Assembly (NCBI GenBank): GCA_964016885.1
Contig: OZ024741.1
Span: 239,444,001-239,508,000 of the forward strand
Reading direction: 5' to 3'
Source of the DNA: Eledone cirrhosa
Taxonomy: Eukaryota
DNA: 64,000 bases
A program made the position numbers and the translations under genes. Below are positions 56,970 to 64,000 of the stretch, piece by piece; position 1 is the stretch's first letter, and every line of letters begins with the position of its first letter. The notes beneath the pieces were generated by a model that was not told where the DNA came from, searched no databases, and saw only the letters and a list, made by a program, of their open reading frames with translations.

Positions 56970-57010
56970 ACCCTTGCAAGCAGGGAAAAGTGAACGTATG
57001 ATGATGATGA
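56970..57010 (+). mobile_element. Ultra-short RTE 3' tail
   Basis: acccttgcaagcagggaaaagtgaacgtatgatgatgatga. Confidence 0.7.
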
Positions 57011-57577
57011 ATAAACATAATTCACTCTGATAAAATTCAAATAAATGAGAAATACTAAAACCACACTATTGCCATCAACATAGAATGATTTACACACACA
57101 CATTGTATATATACATATATATAAACAAAATATAAAAATATTAACATGTATATCACCAATTATCTGATATTATTTACATATAACCTACATCCTACATTAC
57201 TATTTCAAAAACATTCTTGTTCAATATTTAGTATGTACTAAGACCATACAATATATGACTGAATAATTCAGTAAAAATATATAATGATGAATTATGTTAA
57301 AATGTAATATACAAGATAAATATTGTAAACACATCAAAGATGACAGCAAATATTTTCAGAAGTATATTATATAAAACTACAATTGAACATACATTCCTCA
57401 TCCTCACTGTTTCTTACAAAATACTTAATAGCCATGTTGGTAAAGACATTCAATGAGAACTAACATAGATCTAATATGGCCACCATTACAATATTATATT
57501 TTAATGTTATAATATAGCTATATGTGAAGTTATTATTTTACATGACTGGATAAATAATATAGAATAATAAAACTTAC

Positions 57578-57959
57578 ATTCATTGTGTAAAATCCTTTGT
57601 TATAAACTGTAAGTTGGTCCCAATGTTCTGTTGTTAATGGTTGTCTGTGTCACTGCTGCTATGGTGTGACAATGGCTTCATGTTGATGGAATAGTGTTGG
57701 TAGTGAGTCAGTGGGAACCAGCAGTTCCTCTCAGTCTTCTGTGTATGTGTGATGTTTACTGAGTGTGAGTGTGTGTGAGAGAGAGGTGGGGGAGGGTGAT
57801 GCTTACTCCAGCCTCACTCAGACTAGATGTGTTTCCCCACACAGAGTAGAGGGAGAGAGAGAGAAGATGCAATATCAGCTCCACTAACAGTCAGCCATAA
57901 TATGTCTATATAATACCAACATGTCTGATGTAGAGAGACTGACATAGAAATACTTAGAA
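57578..57959 (-). promoter_or_regulatory. Putative promoter + non-coding exon 1 of g5
   Basis: Conserved block; GTAAGT donor at 57577; predicted intron 54492-57577. Confidence 0.6.
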
Positions 57960-58378
57960 GAGAGACGTTATATTAACAAAATATGGCTTATGTTGTTAAT
58001 GTCTATGCAATTTAATGTTTAAATACAATATTTACAATAATAGTTAGTTTAGAATTAGGTCAGTCACACACTATCTTTCCTATTCAGGATATACTTAGAA
58101 AAGTTTAAAGATGATATGTAATCTATGTGAAATATATTTTCTCAGTTATTAATATTTGCAATATAATTATATTTTTTTAGTAGATTTATCCGATAATTTC
58201 ATTCAAATGTCCAATTTTAAATTACCAGGACATATCAACCTATAATTTCTTACAATATATTGTCTGAAAACATTCAGTTATATATAAGAAATGGCATTAA
58301 CTAATATATTTATGTTGTTTTAAATATAATGTGAATGTTGAAGATGACATTTCTGTTGTGTTAACTTCTTAGTCTGAC

Positions 58379-61300
58379 TTAACTAGCAACAACATCTGGT
58401 GTTGAAGGTAACTGTCTCTCTGGAGGTTTCACATATCTGTCTTGGTAATGGTCTCTCTCATTGTTGCTTGATACATCAGGTGGGACACCATAGATTCCTG
58501 AAACAAGTACATCAACTCAATTTACCATAAAGTTCATAGAGACACAATAGATATTTACTGACGAACATTAGTAATCAATATCTTGTCTACAAGGTTCAAT
58601 AGACTTCCATTCTGTTTTCTCCTGACATTGACACCAATTTGAGAGACTCCTGCATCACAGCATGTGTAGTACAGCTGAACCTCCCTAGTGCAAGCCACAA
58701 TGGACTCTTCCTTCAGGCTGCTAAAAGAGAACTTCAACTTGTAATAATCATGCAGGGCAATGCTGATGAACTGAAATTTTGCATTCTGAAAATTAAATTT
58801 TAATAGTCTAACCCATGCCAGCATGGAGAAACATTTTAAATGATGATGATGTCATAACAAATTGCTTTACCTGACATTGCTGGTATTTCTTCATACTGTC
58901 TACTTGACCTCTCACTCCAGCACTGTCCACTACTCTTACGACTGGTCAATGTATCAGTGGGATAGTGAGAAGATGGTCTGTTGTCTCCATAAGATGTCAC
59001 CTCTATAGGTTGACTGTATTTCTGCTGTAAAATATAGTTACAATATGAAGTGTAAAGATATTTAATATAAATTTTGAGGTGAAATATACCAAATACCTAG
59101 ACATTGGCAGGTAAATGTGTGATGTTTAATAGGATACCAATATCTAGATGTTTTTTATTTGACAACTTTCAATCCTAACATAGAAAATGTAACTACTATA
59201 CATTGCAAATAACTATTTTATAGTTTACTCAAATGAATAAAGGTCCACATGGCTTTTTAGGCCTCAACTTTAATGGTGATCATGTAAATTTATATTGTGT
59301 GTGGGTTTGCAATGCAAGGTATGAGTAATAAGAAGTACAGAATTGGGAAGGTTTGTCTTCTGGATTACAGGTGAGAAGAATCTGAATACTACAAAGTAGG
59401 GTGATTTACAATTTTAAAAACCTATTGAGAAATAAATTGTATTCTGCAATGTATGAATATATCCATGAGTCTCTTGGAGGTAGCCTTGTTAGAGATTCAT
59501 TTTCTAACAAATACCTTACAACATGCAAACAGCAGTAAATCAAGGATTGACTCACAAAAATAAACAGATTAGACTTTTATCTCCACATCATAATGATATA
59601 TTTCTAGTCACAGATATTATATACTAAAAACACTGGGAAAATAAACATGCCTAAATTAACAATATAAATAATCTATGAATTTTAATAATCTATGAAATTA
59701 AAGATTATTTCTTAACAGGTGAAAAATATAAAATAGACTTTACCTTTGTGGATTTCTGAAGAGATCTGTTCATTGTTGATGTCTTCCAGTCTTCAGGATA
59801 GTAATGGCTTCTAGACTGACTATATCTGTCTGATATCTCTCCTCGATTACCTGACATCACAGATACACTGTTGTTACCTTGATAAATCAACTGTCTCATC
59901 TCATTACGACATTGGTATGCCTGTTTCTCTTCTGTTGTTCTAGCTGAGTTATTTCTTACATTGTTACATCTCACAATACACAATGTTATAGAAACCACAA
60001 TAGCTATAGATACTATCACAGCTGCTACTACAATGATAATCAACAATGTTGCATCTATTGTGTTATCAGTTGGTACATGGACAGCTGTGAACATTGGTGA
60101 TGTCTTGTTACTAACAGTCAGTGTTAAAGAGACACTAGTTGCTGCTGACAGAACTGGAGTACCACTGTCTTTCACAACAAACTCCAGTTGATATGATCCA
60201 GCATCATTTTGGTAAACTGTGCGAGAGTAAGATAAGACACCAGTGAATGAGTCCAGTTTAAATAACTGTCTCTCATTACCTGAAAGGATTTCATACCTGA
60301 GAAAAGCATTCATGTGACTGTCTATATCAGAGGCTTTCAGAAGTGTGATGTCATTCTTACTTTGTGGATGATAGTGTATATCAAGAGAGAAAGGATCAAC
60401 ACTAGGAAATGTAAAATATGGAGCATTATCATTTTTATCTAATACTTCCACTTCAACATTCACTGTGTTATTTAGAGATGGTGTTCCATTGTCTTTGACT
60501 AAAACCTCAAAGTCATAGAAATCTCTGTGTTCTCTGTCTAAAGACTGGTTTGTTGAAATAAAGCCAGAGTTGATAATCTGGAATGGTAGACGATATTGGT
60601 GTTTATTTCTCAGATAATAACTTAATTCACCTCCCTTACCAGCATCTGGGTCTGTAGCATTGATAAAACCAATAGGGAAATTAGCTTTGTCATTTTCATA
60701 GGTAAGGAACTTGAATGTATCTTTGGTAAAGTGTGGTTTTACATCATTCACATCTAACACTTGTATTGAGAGATCTTTATCAGTTTTCAGAGAAGGTAAT
60801 CCTTTATCTTGACAAGAGACAGTAAAGTGATAATGTTCCTGTGTCTCTCTGTCTACTGCTTTCTTTAGAACTATTTTATATTCTTTAGATCCCATTGACT
60901 GTAGTTTGAATGTATCATGTTTGATATTACAGCTGACTTCTCCATTGTGTCCAACATCATTGTCAGTGACCATCACATAAGCAATGAAACTACCAACTTT
61001 GATATCTTCCAGAATGGTAGCTGTGTTGTGATTCTCTGTAGAAATATAGTTGACATCAATAATTGGAGGATTGTTGTGTTGGTTGATAACATTTACCATA
61101 ACAGTTGCTATGGAACTGAGAGGTGGACTGCCATTATCTCTGGCTTCTATGTATAATTTAAAAGACTTTTCCAAATCAATTTCTGAAGATTTAGCTAAAT
61201 ATAACTTTCCAGTATTTTCATCTAAATCAAAGAATCTTTTCATTTTCTCTGAAGTTTTCCTTGTGAAATAAAAAGATATTTTACCATTCCTACCAATATC

Positions 61301-62092
61301 TAAATCATTGGCAGATAATGTCACTACTGGAATATTCTTTTTATGTTTGTGTTCAATAGAAACATTATAGATACTTTGAGAAAATTGTGGTGGGTTATCA
61401 TTTTCATCTTCTACAGATATTTTAACATTTAAAATACTTTGTTTTGGAGGAGTTCCTCCATCTTTAGCAATGACCTCAACATTGTAGCTGTCTTCCTTTT
61501 CTCTGTCTAATTTTTCTTTCAAAATAATTCCTATTGTTGATATTTCATCAGTTTGTTTAGAAACTGATAAAGAAAAATATGCATTATACTTTTTTAATTC
61601 ATATTTAATTAAGCTGTTCTGATACCCAACATCTTTATCAACAGCATTTTCTATTGATCTTTTGGTGCCTTTACCATCAGTTTCAGAAAACTGAATATCA
61701 ACATGTTCAGTTGGAAACTCAGGTTGGTGGTCATTGATGTCTTCTATTATGACTTTAATTTTTAATATCTTCATAAATGTCTTGGATTTGTGAACAGCAA
61801 CTTTAACTATTTCAAAACATTCTTTCTCATAACTACACACAGACTCAGCATCCAATGTCTGAACAGTGTACAGTTTACCTGTTTTTGTCACATTGAACAA
61901 TTGTTCTCCTTTTTGTTGTAGTTGACTAAATGTAATTAAATCCTTATTCTTTAAGGAGCTATCTGATGTCTGTAAGTCAGTAGCAATGTCCCCTACATAA
62001 GTATAGGGATTACTCTCTTCTTTAACATGGTATGCGATATGTTCACTTAGATAACAGTGGAAGAAAGTCAGTAAAATACACAGAAATAACAT
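58379..62092 (-). CDS. Protocadherin g6; coding exons 62092-59744, 59024/59021-58871, 58497-58379
   Basis: Same architecture; ATG at 62092 aligns with the paralog starts; 5'UTR acceptor AG at 62149-62148. Confidence 0.95.
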
Positions 62093-62649
62093 CTCTGCTC
62101 TTGATGGCAATGCAGTGTCCAGGGAAAGATGACTATGAATATTCAATCTAAAACAGAAACAGTTTCAACATATTAATGTGGTCTGCTATAATAAGTCCCG
62201 TCTTCCATTTTTTTTTTTTCAAGAAAACAACATAGTGCACAGAATAGATTAAATATACATTATTAAACTATACATTGTTTTTATATTTGTTTTACAAGTT
62301 TCTTGATGTGAAATTGAGTGTTGAAATAGATATTGTATTTTGAGAAGCTCATGCTGCCAATCATAACATGCGCTGGTAGATTTTTTCCTTCAGTTTTTTT
62401 ATTTATCCAGTCAGTAATCCAGCAATCAAATAGTCTCTATTAAAAAATAGGCATTCTAGGAAGTTCAGAGTTATCTCTCTTGAACATTAACTAATTTCAA
62501 ATATTAAATGTTTAACAATACAAACATCTTATAAAGATGGTGTGCAAAACATCATAACCAAGAATAGTAATAATGTGATATTAGTTGTAATTCACCTATT
62601 GTGTATTCTTTAAAACTGGACGAAATTAGATTGAAGTTTCCCAATTATT

Positions 62650-62790
62650 ATAATTGTTTCTACTTTTGGCACAAGGCCAGCAATTTCACAGTACATTACT
62701 GGTACTTTATTTTATCGACCCTGTAAGGATGAAAGACAAAGTTAACCTCGGCGGAATTTGAACTCAGTCCATAAAGGGACGGAACTCTTT
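62650..62790 (-). mobile_element. tRNA-derived SINE fragment
   Basis: tttatcgaccctgtaaggatgaaagacaaagttaacctcggcggaatttgaactc. Confidence 0.7.
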
Positions 62791-63154
62791 GCTACTAAAC
62801 AGTATTGACATTACCACTTCAATAATTCTCTCAGAAATAACATACTTTGAAAAAACCTTTTCTTCGGATAAAGTTATAATTTTAACATCATGGATGTCAT
62901 GTTAAATAGAAGAAATTCTTTAGACCAATAACATTAAGTACTTGATTTTTCAATAATAGTACACCAAAAACAAAGAACCCTTTTTTGTATATCAAGACAT
63001 AATTCCATTAAATTGTGGCAGTATTTATCTAAAAACGATAAATTTTATATTTTATAACAGAATGTGTATTTTGTTTAGATATCAAACTAATATTTAATAA
63101 AGTCACCTAATGGACAAATTTACATTTAATTAAACATAAATAAAACAAATTACT

Positions 63155-63733
63155 TAGCTGTAGAAAGAAAGCCAAAATCAGTTCTGTATGCACAAGACAT
63201 GGACACCTAACCTAACATTGCTCACTACAGAACAACCCATCTAACCCATATTAGCATGGAAAAATTGATGTGTAATGATGATTGTATATTTCTGTAGGAA
63301 TAGGTAGCAAGCCACAATTAGAACATCAAAATCATTTATGCAGGATTAAGGTTCAGATTCTTCACAGCTCATCTTGCTAAATGTTACTAAAAAATATAGC
63401 AGGAAATTATAGAAATATAATGGAGATATATGGGGTGCTATCCAAAGTGCATTACTGTATGTATATTTGAAACAGTTATTTACAATTTAAGATATGTCAT
63501 ATTTGCAAATATAATCTCCATAAAAATGAAAAAATAAGACATATTATAACATGAAACTAGAGGCAGTGATGGACATGTACACAGAAATAAAGATTTACAT
63601 ACACGCAATGTGTGTGCCTGTGTGTGTGTGTGTGTATGAGTGAGACATGGTCACCCGACCCAACTTGCCGCTAAATGGAACAAACCCGTCTCACTCATGC
63701 GACCGTGGAAGATAGACGTTAATCGATGATGAT
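63155..63733 (+). mobile_element. Two SINE-like 3' fragments (~63155-63282, ~63643-63733)
   Basis: acccat..agcatggaa / catgcgaccgtggaagatagacgttaatcgatgatg tails. Confidence 0.6.
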
Positions 63734-63834
63734 ATATATATATAGTGTGTGAAGATATACGTGTTATAACAAATTTTGGTTTATTACTATTTACATAAAA
63801 CCTAGATTTTTCTGTATATGTCAATGTTATTCAT

Positions 63835-64000
63835 GTTCAATATTCGGTATGTACTAAGAAATTAGAATGTCTGACTGAATAATTCAGTAAAAATATATAA
63901 TGGTGAGTTATGTTAAAATATAATAAACAATATAAATATAGTAAATATATCAAAGATGACAGCAAATATTTTGAGAAGTATGTTATATAAAACTACAATT
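63835..64000 (-). promoter_or_regulatory. Conserved intron-1 5' element of g6 (exon 1 predicted just beyond the window)
   Basis: Homologous to 1250-1410. Confidence 0.55.

Noticed and set aside
2424-62092. Vertebrate-type variable exons spliced to shared constant exons
   Set aside because: Each gene has its own intact tail exons; cross-gene splicing is possible but not required.
62093-62146. N-terminal extension of g6
   Set aside because: Starts at TTG next to the acceptor; paralog alignment places the start at ATG 62092.

Overview
AT-rich animal genomic DNA, most likely a coleoid cephalopod (octopus-like, inferred from the gene family, SINEs and ATAC/AT microsatellites). The window holds six head-to-tail protocadherin genes on the - strand (g1-g6, left to right). 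Each has one large exon (signal peptide, EC1-EC6, TM, proximal tail) plus two private small tail exons. Each is probably also preceded by a near-identical non-coding exon-1/promoter block lying ~400-450 bp past the stop codon of the upstream gene. The paralogs are almost identical except in EC2-EC3, which are variable and appear block-shuffled. The spliced tail carries Src SH2/SH3 and Abl/Crk-type motifs. First introns of g1 and g4 have grown into microsatellite/retroelement nests, including two young RTE LINEs with a PHD finger inside the RT. The g4 nest contains the most unusual item: a ~340-bp gap-free palindrome (40811-41152) in which every mismatch becomes a G.U pair on the - strand, with a neighbour bias fitting ADAR. 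It is a candidate hyper-edited dsRNA written back into the genome. All alignments and counts were done by eye.
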